Positions 43,952 to 58,269 of a stretch of DNA of 64,000 nt are shown here, piece by piece. The notes under the pieces were generated by a model that was not told the origin of the DNA, made no database searches, and worked only from the letters and a program-made list of their open reading frames with translations. The stretch is taken from contig OZ024743.1 of NCBI GenBank assembly GCA_964016885.1, positions 289,664,001-289,728,000 of the forward strand, read 5' to 3'. Position 1 is the first letter of the stretch, and the number at the start of each line of letters is the position of its first letter. Source of the DNA: Eledone cirrhosa. Lineage: Eukaryota. The position numbers were made by a program, and so were the translations under genes.

Positions 43952-44653
43952 ATATATATATATAAGAGGGTGAAACAGGAATAGGTCCTAGTACACAGAG
44001 TATTATAAAATTAGGCAATAGAAATTTCACCATCACGGGTTGAAGTCAGCAGGAAGAACGCCAATATTGTTGGTGGAAATACGTATATTTGTGTAAAACA
44101 ATTTTCAAATGATATTTATGGATGTCTATGTATGTGTATTATAAGTGTATGTTTACACAGAATAAAACACAAATACCCACTTGCACGCATATATCGATAT
44201 GTATATATGCTTGTGTGTATTAACTCATAGTGCAAATATTCCATTGAAAAAAAGACCAAAGACTGATAAATATATTATATTTCAATTATCGCACGTTTAT
44301 TCCACATCTTTAGCAGACCTATAATCAAGTAATACTGAATTAATTATATGGAAAACAGATTGGATTCATCAGAATTAATAAAAATGAATACACGAAACAT
44401 TTTACCTGTTTGATTCATTTTACTTTCAACATTAACAAAACAGTTAATGGTTGTGTTAATTTTTCACCGCACGTTTGAATAAACAAAATGGTTCATTAAT
44501 ACCAACTGAAAGGAAATAGAAGAGCATCAACAATCTGATGCTTAACTTTTTTCCGTCCTGTCATTATTAGACTATTTTATTTAGTCAACATTACGGCGAA
44601 TTATTTGAAATCAATATATAAATATATAAATATATAAATATATAAATAAATAT

Positions 44654-45467
<814 letters not shown>

Positions 45468-45961
45468 TGCTTGGTCACCAGATATTAACCACGATGACTT
45501 GTCTCTCAACTCTTGATTACGGACAGTTAATGCCTTCTACAATTAATTAATTAAAATTGGGTCACTGATGAAAGTTCGAATATTAATATTAATAATTATC
45601 CATTTAATTTTAATGATTATTGTATTTCTCCAGTAACCGAAACAATATTTTTTGAGCATTTATTAAAAATATATTATTGCTTATGCAATGTAAGTAATAT
45701 TTCATCCTTCGAAACGATATGTAAAAAAAAAATTTTTTTTTGCAAGATATTTATGTTGTTGAACATTTAACTATATCTACGTGAGTTCCTATTGCTTTGG
45801 CGGTTTAGTGCCAAATTTGCATCGAGGGTGTCTTGCTCAACAAGTCTATAATTTTATATATCGATATGTATAAAGGTATGACCAAGAGATTTAGATTCAA
45901 TATTCATTGAGCTTTTACGGAACATATATTCAAGATGTTATATTTGGATTATTTTTGCTAG

Positions 45962-45998
<37 letters not shown>

Positions 45999-46385
45999 CG
46001 TCGAGAAACACCCTGCGCGTGAAATTAACGTGCAAGTGGCCGAGCATTCTACAAATTACCTTTAATGTTGTTCTTATCGAGATGTAGCGTGACACAGTAT
46101 GTGACAAGGCTGGTCCTTCGAATTATAGGTACAAATTATTTTTGCAACCTGAGTCGAATGGAGCAACGTGAAATAATGTGTCTTGCTCAAGGAGTCTGCA
46201 ATTGAGTAGTCATTAATCGAACTCACAACCTTACGATCGTGAGCCAAATACGATACACACAATACCATGTGCTTTCATATATATGATATTATCAATCCCC
46301 AGTTGAACTGTTCAAAATGGTCTGCAATTTTGTTCCCCAGACAGAACACAAACACACACACATTATATATATATATATATATATA

Positions 46386-46735
46386 TTAGAAAGTGAGGTT
46401 TTTTTTACAAAATGAAAAATAACCGAGGTGTCCTACACGAGTGGAAGTATAAAGAAAAAGGGATGAAATCGAAAATGTAACTGAAGTCTTATTTTTTTTA
46501 AAAATATATATATTTATTTGGTTCCTTTACCGGTTTCGCAGTTCTTCTGCTTTTCAAAAGGTGAGTTGAGATGGAGGGTCTGTGGTTTTTCTCACAAAAC
46601 CACAGACCCTCCATCTCAACTCACCTTTTGAAAAGCAGAAGAACTGCGAAACCGGTAAAGGAACCAAATAAATATATATATTTAAAAAAAAAATAAGACT
46701 TCAGTTGCATTTTCGATTTCATCCCTTTTTCTTTA
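46386..46735. mobile_element. Fold-back copy of the 30567-30738 element with two U3-A8 HHRs (46524-46561 minus, 46624-46661 plus)
   Basis: ~140-bp inverted arms centred near 46592; (TA)n flanks. Confidence 0.8.
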
Positions 46736-46758
46736 TATATATATATTTCTCTGTCCCA

Positions 46759-46875
<117 letters not shown>

Positions 46876-47227
46876 TATATATGTATATATGTATATGTGT
46901 GTGTGTGTATGTTTGCTTTTGTGTGTGTGTGTGTTTATTGTTCTGTCTGGGGAACAAAACTATAGACATTTTGAACAGTTCAACTGGGGATTGCTAATAT
47001 CAAATCATCAGCAAGTGTCTGTTTTCTTTTCTTTTATGTTAAAACACTTATCTAATTACACGGTCAATAGGCCATTTAGTCGTTTACTTTTCTATTTTTT
47101 TATACAAATATATCGTACGGATGAAATATTCTGAAACCAGACTGTGAGACAAGAGGCTCACATGACGTTAGAGATTATAGTGTAGTGTATGTCTACACGG
47201 GTATGTGAATATATATAATGTATACAT

Positions 47228-47279
<52 letters not shown>

Positions 47280-47368
47280 TTATTATACGTATATAAATAC
47301 ACACATTCACTTTTACGTTATATATACACATATATACGTTTGCGTTTATCTCTATTTCTTTATTCTAT

Positions 47369-47425
<57 letters not shown>

Positions 47426-47780
47426 ATACCCGTACTTTTCAAACTTCACATCATACAACTCTAATCTATTTGTAAAGAAATATATGTTGACATGCATACA
47501 CACACACAGACACGAAAGAGAAGCTCTGGTATATATGAAATTATTTTAGCTTATATATTATGTTCAATCACATATATATATCTATCTATATGATATTCAA
47601 TAACTAACATTGTGTTTCTCACGCACTCTCTTAATTTCTCGTTATATATATACATGGATACACCCACACGCACAGACAACCACACACAAATATAGATACA
47701 TATAGATACACATACACACACACACACATACATATATATGTATATATATATGTTTGCTTATAGTTATACACACACACAAA

Positions 47781-47817
<37 letters not shown>

Positions 47818-47878
47818 CCACGTATGTCTGTATATATACATGTATAAAGTGATAAATGAATATACATATATATATATA

Positions 47879-47929
<51 letters not shown>

Positions 47930-48257
47930 CCACACACTCACACATATATGTATATTTATCACTTTATACATGTATATATATATATAATATACATACATAC
48001 GTGGCTACGCATCCACACTCACAAAACACACATTTAGAGTTATTTCTAAATCGATTCGATGAATTGTACTGGAAGCGATATATAAATCAACTTTAGAAAG
48101 AGGAAGAAAATTAGCTAAAAAAAAATGTATTATGAGAAATAATCAGAAAATAGAAGAAAGATTCACAAACATTGTTCAAAAATAGAGAACTGATGATTCA
48201 AGGGAAAACAGGACAAATGAAAAATAGAAGAGGAACTGTATGATATCAATGAATAGA

Positions 48258-48302
<45 letters not shown>

Positions 48303-48353
48303 TGCCTCATAGAAACAATGGTCTTGAAGAGAAAGGGGGATTTATGATGTTCT

Positions 48354-48391
<38 letters not shown>

Positions 48392-48490
48392 GTATATATA
48401 TCTGGGGTATATATATCCATGCATATATCTATTTATTTCTGTTTCTGAGTGGGTTGATTTATATTTTAACATGTTATACACACACACACG

Positions 48491-48561
<71 letters not shown>

Positions 48562-48865
48562 ACACATGTATATATACATACTTAAATCTACATACATATA
48601 TATATATATCCCTATATATATAACTAGATTTCAAGGGATTCAGTGACCGATACATACGATACGAATACGTAGACTTACTTGTAGTAGAATAATATATAAT
48701 CCAATAGATTATTTCGTGTCTTCATACCATCTCAGTTTTGTATGTAATAACTTTGGCTTTTCATATTTGTGGTTAATACGTTGCGACTTTAATAGCTATT
48801 ATATGAACGTATAGTTATTACTATCTAGGGCAGAGTTGTCAGAGCGCTAGATGGAATGAGTTCTT

Positions 48866-49110
48866 TTTCTTCTTCTTCTTCTTCTTCTTCTTCTTCTTCT
48901 TCTTCTTCTTCTTCTACATATTTTTGAGAGTCCTGAAACACTCCTGCCAGCGGTTCCATTGAAAAGCAACCATCTCCAACTGATTCGGCTGGATCCCCAA
49001 GCGAGACTAGCCAAGCTCATGGATGTTATCCACCCATCTTGCTCGGGCTGCACCTCTGGTTCTCCTTCCGGTTGGTTTTGCCCGTAAAATCTGACCAACA
49101 ATCCTTGCCC
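48866..49110 (-). mobile_element. 3' end of an RTE-like LINE with (GAA)n tail
   Basis: Minus frame reads AKPTGRRTRGAARARWVDNI, resembling the GxRxRGxPxxRWxD RT C-terminus; followed by (GAA)n. Confidence 0.55.
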
Positions 49111-50752
49111 ATAGTATCAGAGCTCTGATCAGTCAGTTCAGAGGAGTAGCAGCTCTACCTGCAGTGATACTCTAATCACCATGCTACACAATCTATCGAG
49201 TAACGTTACTCCAAAGACAATTCGGAGGAAACCATTTTGTCCGCTTGTATTCCTGATAGTATTATTTCGGTTATTACCCCAAATTCATGATCATTGTTAA
49301 TGGATCACACAAATACCGAATAGAGAAAAGAGCAAGTTTTGCTTTTACACCTACTTCCTTTCACAAAAAAAAAAAAATCTTTTCGTCCTATCTCTCATCC
49401 TCTCAAGCTTTTAGATTTCTTACATTGGTATGTAAAATCCTCAACGAAAGCATTGTAAATATCATCAAATCATTCGAGGGATAGCTGCAGTCTGATATCA
49501 ATCATTAATTTGTGAGAATTGCATCCGCATACGAAATATATTTTGATTACAGATTACAAACCGGTATCGTTTCTGTACGCGAAATGTTTTGTACCCATCT
49601 CTATAATGCTAAATGCCTATACTGGGAAACGGCAAATATTACGATTACCGCTACCCTTTTGACTGTGCCGTTTGTATCTCAAGTTTAGGACACATCCCCC
49701 AGTTTGAATTCCGCCCAAGCAATAAAACGTTTGAAATGTAAATTAGACAAAAATAACAAAAGCATATAGAAAGTGCTAAAATTCCGCAAAATAATTTTTT
49801 AAAATATTAAATACATAATTTGTCAGTTATTTATTTTCAGTTTAGTATAATTGTAGGTGTACAACCTAATGGTTGTGGTTTTGGTCTCACAATTTAATGT
49901 CGTGAAATTCACCTCTTGATCGGACGGTGACCTGTGACAGTGTGCAAGGCCCCTTATCTTCTGCTCATGTCTACAAAGCTAGGAAAATAATGATGAAATA
50001 ATATGAAATATGTATGTGCCACAACCTGGCGACAGACTGGCTTCCTGTCTAAGGAGTAATGTCAGGTACATAAAACCGGGATGGGTTCTTGCAACAAGAT
50101 CATTAAAACTGGAGAGAGAGAAAATATATAAACTGAAATATTTCAGTACTAACTCTTTTATCTTTGATTGAACGTTATATTAGTTTCTATATTTCTTTAA
50201 AAAAGAAATGATATTGAATCGAGCATATTACGATTGCGAAGCACACTGTTTTAGCACTGCACATTTACCTCTTGGTATATCATAAAGACATAGACATAAA
50301 CATGAGCAAGCCACTTTATTTCACGTTGCCCAGTCCTCATAGCTAGCATGAATGAGTTATACCTGTAATTCGAGGGGGGAGTCGTGTCACGTTCTGTGTC
50401 ACACTGAATCTCCCTGAGAACTACGTTAAAGGTACGCGTGCGTTTGATATACCCAGTCACTTGCACGTTAATTTCATGAGCAGGCTGTTCCATTGAACGC
50501 GTCAACTGGAACACTCGTCTTAGTAATCGACGGAGGGCAATTTATAAAAATAGAAATATTGACCTCATGTGCTTGACAGATTTGTGTACAGCAGTATGTG
50601 AATTTCATTGTATTTGTAAATCGATTTTCAGCACAGTCATGAAATATAGAAATGTCTAGATATAAGTTTCCAATATGACATCAATTGCACTCACATTCAA
50701 AGACCACTTCACAATCTATCACTCAATATTTTGTATTTCTGAAAATGTCCGA

Positions 50753-50792
<40 letters not shown>

Positions 50793-51017
50793 AGTATGCA
50801 TGTATACGTACATACATATATGTATACAGACGTACAGTAGCATGCACATATATATATATATATATACATATATACATACATATGCATACAGGTACGTACG
50901 ATACATGCATACTTACATTTAAGTAAGTGCCATACTAAGAGTGAGAAATGAAATTTCGTTTTCATTTTGTTTCAATTTATCGTTTTCGGTATGCCTGACC
51001 GATTTAACTCACTCAAT

Positions 51018-51025
51018 ATGCAAAT
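51018..51025 (+). promoter_or_regulatory. Octamer ATGCAAAT (repeated in each unit), followed by TAATTTTCATA and a TATA-like AAAGTATATA
   Basis: Motif seen directly and conserved in the diverged 37-kb member; promoter function is inferred. Confidence 0.5.
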
Positions 51026-51098
51026 TAGGCTGCTCAGCCGTTAATTTTCATAAGGAAAGTATATACTTTCGAACGTTCAACTATCTGGCAGATGGGTA

Positions 51099-51143
51099 AA
51101 CGGTGCTGATGATAGCTAACAAGCTTGAAACTAGTACATCGTT
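51099..51143 (+). ncRNA. Minimal type-I HHR, unit 1 (predicted cleavage after 51136)
   Basis: AACGGTG-CTGATGA-TAGCT AACA AGCTT-GAAA-CTAG-TA-CATCGTT. Confidence 0.9.
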
Positions 51144-51564
51144 CCTGTGTCAGTGTTGAACAAAAAGGTGACGTGGTTGCCTTAACACCGTATTGCATAA
51201 ATTCAGGCTGTTCAGTTTGTTTACAAACGAACAAAGCGACGTTAGCGCCACTAAACTGATACGTGCATATATGTATGTGTACCTGTATGCATATGTATGT
51301 ATATATGTATATATATATATATATGTGCATGCTACTGTACGTCTGTATACATATATGTATGTACGTATACATGCATACTTACATTTAAGTAAGTGCCATA
51401 CTAAGAGTGAGAAATGAAATTTCGTTTTCATTTTGTTTCAATTTATCGTTTTCGGTATGCCTGACCGATTTAACTCACTCAATATGCAAATTAGGCTGCT
51501 CAGCCGTTAATTTTCATAAGGAAAGTATATACTTTCGAACGTTCAACTATCTGGCAGATGGGTA

Positions 51565-51609
51565 AACGGTGCTGATGATAGCTAACAAGCTTGAAACTAG
51601 TACATCGTT
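51565..51609 (+). ncRNA. Minimal type-I HHR, unit 2 (predicted cleavage after 51602)
   Basis: Identical to unit 1. Confidence 0.9.
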
Positions 51610-52034
51610 CCTGTGTCAGTGTTGAACAAAAAGGTGACGTGGTTGCCTTAACACCGTATGGCATAAATTCAGGCTGTTCAGTTTGTTTACAAACGAACAA
51701 AGCGACGTTATAATAAGCGCCGCTAAACTGATACGTGCATATATGTATGTGTACCTGTATGCATATGTATGTATATATGTATATATATATATATGTGCAT
51801 GCTACTGTACGTCTGTATACATATATGTATGTACGTATACATGCATACTTACATTTAAGTAAGTGCCATACTAAGAGTGAGAAATGAAATTTCGTTTTCA
51901 TTTTGTTTCAATTTATCGTTTTCGGTATGCCTGACCGATTTAACTCACTCAATATGCAAATTAGGCTGCTCAGCCGTTAATTTTCATAAGGAAAGTATAT
52001 ACTTTCGAACGTTCAACTATCTGGCAGATGGGTA

Positions 52035-52079
52035 AACGGTGCTGATGATAGCTAACAAGCTTGAAACTAGTACATCGTT
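52035..52079 (+). ncRNA. Minimal type-I HHR, unit 3 (predicted cleavage after 52072)
   Basis: Identical to unit 1. Confidence 0.9.
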
Positions 52080-52372
52080 CCTGTGTCAGTGTTGAACAAA
52101 AAGGTGACGTGGTTGCCTTAACACCGTATGGCATAAATTCAGGCTGTTCAGTTTGTTTACAAACGAACAAAGCGACGTTAGCGCCACTAAACTGATACGT
52201 GCATATATGTATGTGTACCTGTATGCATATGTATGTATATATGTATATATATATATGTGCATGCTACTGTACGTCTGTATACATATATGTATGTACGTAT
52301 ACATGCATACTTACATTTAAGTAAGTGCCATACTAAGAGTGAGAAATGAAATTTCGTTTTCATTTTGTTTCG

Positions 52373-52427
<55 letters not shown>

Positions 52428-52534
52428 GAGATAGAGGGGGAGAGAAAGAGAGAGAAGCTGTTACTCCAAAAGGATTCCAGAATACAATATTGATTATATA
52501 TATGTATATATATATTTATATATAGACACACACA

Positions 52535-52655
<121 letters not shown>

Positions 52656-53614
52656 CTATGTGTAGTTAACTAAAATCTAGAATAACACTGCGAATTAATA
52701 ATATATCTAAGCTCAATGTGTTTATATCACTATACATAGAAATCTAGAAGATGTTTAAAAAAAGTTGAGATAGAGTAACATTGACCCTATAGAACAAATT
52801 AAGATGATAGAATACAATTCTTAAATCATTTAATACCTCATGTACCTCAACTTTCAATCCGAATAAATAAACCAATACTTAAACTAAGACAATATAGTAG
52901 AATGAAGAAACAAATCTATATTAATAATACCTTATATCGCCTGAGGTAATTAAATGATACACACAATGTCCTGGTGCAAAGCATGCCCCAAAGGAAAAAA
53001 AAGTATTCTTGAATGATGGCTACATTTTTATTGAAACACTATAACATATCCGCCGGGGCTGTGTGTGGGCCCCATCGAGTACCATTACATTAGTTAAATA
53101 CCATTCTTTCATCTCATACATATATATAACTTATGTCATTTACATATACGTAAAGTATAAGTAATACTTTTCCCTCTTTTTACTATACTGTCGCAGCACA
53201 CGTATTAGTTTAAATATTCGTATTGAAACATTTCCAAAGTATTAAATGTTGTATGAATTTTATTGTATCTTCTGAATTTGTTGCTCACGTATGACAGTGG
53301 AATTTGCACTTTTTGAACGTTTCCCTTCCGAGGCAAAAGGCAGGTCAAAGTTGTTTGTCGTATATACATACAAGATTCCCCTTTCAACGCCACCGATGTT
53401 ATTCAAAGGAAAGGCAAAGGCCGATAGTCATTTCGCAAGTAATTTCTGGAGCAACTTGAAATAAAGTGTCTTCCTTAAGAACACAGCTTATCGCCCTGTC
53501 CGCAAATGATACTCACAACTTCCCGATTGCAAATCCGACGCTATAACACATCGATACACACACACACTGACACACACACACAGCGGATATGTTATAGTGT
53601 TTCAATAGTGTTTC

Positions 53615-53675
53615 AATGGAAAAAATGAAATTTCATTTCTCACTCTTAGTACGGCTGATAATTAAATATACGTAC

Positions 53676-53717
<42 letters not shown>

Positions 53718-53992
53718 CATGTATGTATGTATATACATACTACTGTACGTCTGTATACATATATGAATGTACGTATACATACTTATATTTAAGTATCAGC
53801 CGTACTAAGAGTCAGAAATGAAATTTCATTTTTTTTCCATTTATATATATATATATATATATATAAATGGAAAAAAATGAAATTTCATTTCTGACTCTTA
53901 GTACGGCTGATACTTAAATATAAGTATGTATACGTACATTCATATATGTATACAGACGTACAGTAGTATGTATATACATACATACATACATG

Positions 53993-54054
<62 letters not shown>

Positions 54055-54536
54055 GTACGTATATTTAATTATCAGCCGTACTAAGAATGAGAAATGAAAT
54101 TTCATTTTTTCCATTTATCGTTTTCGGTACACCCGACTGACTAACTCACTCGATATGCATATTAGGCTGCTCAGCCGTTAATATGCATAAGGAAAGTATA
54201 TACTTTAAAACGTTCAATTGACTGACAGGAAGGCATACGGTGCTGATGACAGCTAATAAGCTACAAACCAGTTCGTCGTTCCTTTGTCAGTGTCGAACAA
54301 AAGAGCAACGATGGTTGCCGAACACTGTACGGCTACTAATTCGAGCTGTTTTTTTACAAGCAAACCGAGCATTATAATAAATGTTCGGTAAACCCATACG
54401 TACATATATATATGTGTGCATGTATGTATATACATACTACTGTACGTCTGTATACATATATGTATGTACCTATAAATACTTATATTTAAGTATCAGCCAT
54501 ACTAAGAGTGAGAAATGAAATTTCATTTTTTCCATT

Positions 54537-54537
<1 letters not shown>
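53615..54537 (+). mobile_element. Decayed retrozyme-family member (~421-bp unit) preceded by a ~500-bp palindrome; HHR 54237-54279 mutated (GAAA to CAAA)
   Basis: Collinear with the 51-kb unit; ACGGTG-CTGATGA-CAGCT AATA AGCTA-CAAA-CCAG-TT-CGTCGT. Confidence 0.85.
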
Positions 54538-54589
<52 letters not shown>

Positions 54590-54604
54590 GTGTATATATA
54601 TAGA

Positions 54605-54636
<32 letters not shown>

Positions 54637-55423
54637 TATATAAAGAGGGAAAAAGTGAGAGATATAGACAGAAAGATAAATAGGTGTTCTTACTTATCTA
54701 TGAATATGTATCGATGTGTATGTCTGTGTGCGCACGCTTGATTCTTTTAAAGAAATTCTACCTGCTTCAAAATGTTTTTCAGAAACCATCTTCGTTTGTT
54801 TTAGTGGGAAATTAATTCGCTTTAAATTCATATTTCAATGTTTAGCTTTAAATTCCTTTGATATTCTGTTTCAGTTCTGTTGGTTGATTTCCTATTATAA
54901 CATAACATTTTGTCGTCGATAAAGCGAAATCCTGAATGCTTAAGTACAGAGATTCGTCTAATTACCGTAACAAGGCAATTTGGTCTTGTTCTAATTGAGT
55001 GAATTCATTGGGTAGTTTAAAACCACCGTTTTTGGTTTTAATTTTCTTTTAATATGAAGTTTACGGTTTTAGTTTTGGAATATATTATTTTTCGCAAGAA
55101 AACTTAAATAAAATTGTAATTGCATTAGACGTAACAAAAAAGAAATAGAACTAAAAAAAACAAAACAGAAAGAAAAAAAAAGAAAAATATCACGATTAAA
55201 TTCGAATCATAAATTTCTTTCACTTCCTTCCGAAAAATAAATATAGTTTAAAATGAATACATAAAATCAAACGAAAATCAATGGTAATTTGTTGTTGTTG
55301 ATGATGATGATGATGACTATGAGGAAGACGATGGAGATTGTTGATGTTAATGAGGATTTGATGAATATAATCATAATGAGAATGATGATTATGATGATGA
55401 TGATGATGATGATGATGATGGTG

Positions 55424-55477
<54 letters not shown>

Positions 55478-55771
55478 TGGCGATGATGAAGATAATAACC
55501 ATAATAATGCTAATAATGATGCCCTCATAAAGATAATGATGATAAGATGATAATAATCCATCGCCATTTTAATATAAATAATAACAGCAATAATAATATA
55601 ATCGACAAGATCATTTTCTTGATTGGCTTTAAGGGCTCAAAGAATTTAAGGAAAGTGATGCAAAACACTTGAATAAACGGTTTCTTTATTAATGTTATTT
55701 CCGATTTTTCCTATTACATTTTTTTTTCTGAATATAATTTTTATGTACGCGTTTCAAATAACTGTATTGCG

Positions 55772-55840
<69 letters not shown>

Positions 55841-55863
55841 GCACACACATATACATACATACA

Positions 55864-55983
<120 letters not shown>

Positions 55984-56849
55984 TTCGTATTTCTTTAATA
56001 GTTTCTAGATATTTTTTGGTCTTCAATACACCGTTTCTTCTTCAAATAATGAAACATTCAAAACTAAGAAAAACGACGAAGCAAGAAAGTATATGATAAA
56101 TATCATTATGATGTAAATAATATTTAAACAAAAACAACTACAGGGAAATAAAACTATAAATATAATATGAATAAAAACTAGTTGTTTAAATAATAATAAT
56201 ACAAAAATGGAAAAATAGTATAGACATTAATTTTTAATGCCTAATTATCATCTTTAACGACCAAAAATATCTAGCCCCAGTATAGGCAAAGAAAAAATAA
56301 CAAAATATCACAAGAAATAACAGGTATATAATTTGATCTATGTATGCAACAATTCTCTCGGGTGTCTCTCTCTTTACCTTTCTCTTTCACATTATTTTAT
56401 TATTTTAAATGTCTTGTTATAACTACCCTTTAGAAAGTTACTTTTATTTTATTACCTTGCGCACATGAATGACTTTACACTTAAATGCGTTGAAAGAGAG
56501 ACAGAGTGGAAGGGCGGAAGGTTAGGGATGGGATGTAATGAGAAGTAATGCGAAAACAGATACAGACAGAAAGCACAGAAAGATATGGGAAAATAGTAAA
56601 ATAGAGTGAAAGAGGGATGATAAGTGAGAGTAGCATAGCAAGAGAGAATGAGAGTAGCGGGAAGAGAGATAAATATAGAGAAGAACAAAAGTAACGAAAG
56701 AGTGTGATCATGAGAAGAGAATATATTTTATCGAGTTGTGTATTTTTGTTTCGATCGTCATTTTACTCAAATAAGTATGATTCATTGTCTTACCTGTTTA
56801 TACAATTATTTTACCTCCCTCTCCTACACTACTATCATAATTGCTGTTG

Positions 56850-56858
56850 CTGCTACTG

Positions 56859-56931
<73 letters not shown>

Positions 56932-56959
56932 CACCATCACCACCACCACCACCACCACC

Positions 56960-57018
<59 letters not shown>

Positions 57019-57029
57019 CACCACCACCG

Positions 57030-57093
<64 letters not shown>
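56850..57093. repeat. (TAC)n/(CAC)n trinucleotide microsatellite
   Basis: Direct inspection; similar (GAT)n/(AAT)n at 55290-55560 and (TAG)n at 38218-38320. Confidence 0.95.
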
Positions 57094-57094
57094 A

Positions 57095-58030
57095 TTTCCG
57101 TCTCCTCCCTGATATTTCTCTTCAGGTGAAACCTGAAAAAGTAAACTAGGGCTTCGCCGAAGAGAATAGTACTTATCTGGAATCATTTTAGGCGCATCCA
57201 AAAAAGGACCTCTTTCGCCACGGCCATCAAGAAGACAAAAACTTCCGGTCTTTCCTTGTCTAAAGGAAGACGGAAGGCCCATCTTTACAATGGATACGAG
57301 TCATACGTAAAGCCACAGATAAGCAATACTCGGACTCTCGATGAGTGCATGTAGGACGTTTTCGTCCCCCAGTGCGCAACTCGGGTGCTTATTGTTGCGG
57401 ATGTGGGTTTGGGTGTTTTGGGGATAATTGTGTTGGTGTCTGGTATGATGATAAAGGTGGTGGTGGTAGTAATGGGGAGGCTTGTGTGTGTGTTGGCATT
57501 TATTGCTTTAAGGCTTTTTTATCTTCCCTACGTTCACCCCTTTTTAGGGGGTTGGAACAAGACAAATAATTTTTTTGTTTCTTTTTGTTCTTGTGGTAAA
57601 TGGCTTGCTACTCCCTACCTTCATCAAAATCCATATCCGTCAGTTATTGTTTTCATAATGTTGCTGTTGTTGCTTTTGTTGAGGGTGTGGTATTGGTGTA
57701 ACGGCGGCTACTGTTTTCCTGCTTTTTGTGGGCAAGAGGATCTCAAATGGTTTGTCGATTTACATAGATAACATTTTTGTTTTTTGCCTTTTATATTTAC
57801 TCGCAGGTCTACGCTGTAGGGCCACTGTATTTGGTCCAGGATCTTTTCTATTTCGCTTGGTTTACATGAAGGTGAATCTCTAGATTTAGCCCAGACAATG
57901 TTTACGTTCGCTGCGTTTAACGTAGAGGAAGTGTGTCCGTATCTCCAAGGAAAACGCAGCCGACAATCCACCAGCTGTTCACCCCTGGGGGAATCTCTGG
58001 TATTCTTGCCTGATAATCTTCTTTGTGAGA
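57095..58030 (-). pseudogene. Internally deleted L1/Tx1-like relic: gag-like ORF1 zinc knuckle joined to an ORF2 C-terminus
   Basis: CYLCKSTNHLRSSC (CX2CX4HX4C) in 57708-58148; DENVLHALI and YFFRFHLKR match 62699-63566. Confidence 0.65.
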
Positions 58031-58104
58031 CAGACACATAAACAAAAACAGAGCATAAACAACAACAATGATGATGATGTGGAGGATAATAATGATAATA
58101 ATAA

Positions 58105-58265
58105 TTATTTCTACTTTTGGCACAAGGCCAGCAATTACCCCAGTGCATTACTGGTAATTTATTTTATCGACCACGTAAGGAGGAAAGTCAAAGTTAACCG
58201 CGGGAGGATTTGAAATCAGAACGTAAAGGACCATGGTGTCTGACACTCTACCGATACTGCAAATC
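58105..58265 (-). mobile_element. SINE family A copy
   Basis: Matches the consensus with an internal deletion; further copies at ~16670-16820, ~18360-18515 and 43655-43747. Confidence 0.8.
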
Positions 58266-58269
58266 CAAT

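Larger units (their letters stand above)
50790..52375 (+). mobile_element. Tandem retrozyme-like array (~3.1 units of 466-470 bp) with a 5'-inverted segment (50790-~50897), inserted in (TA)n
   Basis: Near-identical head-to-tail units, each with one HHR; no credible ORF. Confidence 0.92.

Noticed and set aside
45557-45690. CTGATGA...GAAA possible hammerhead
   Set aside because: No convincing stem I or cleavage triplet could be paired
51034-52304. Repeated 66-133-aa minus-strand ORFs in the 470-bp array
   Set aside because: Run through microsatellite, change frame between units and are not conserved in the 37-kb or 54-kb members
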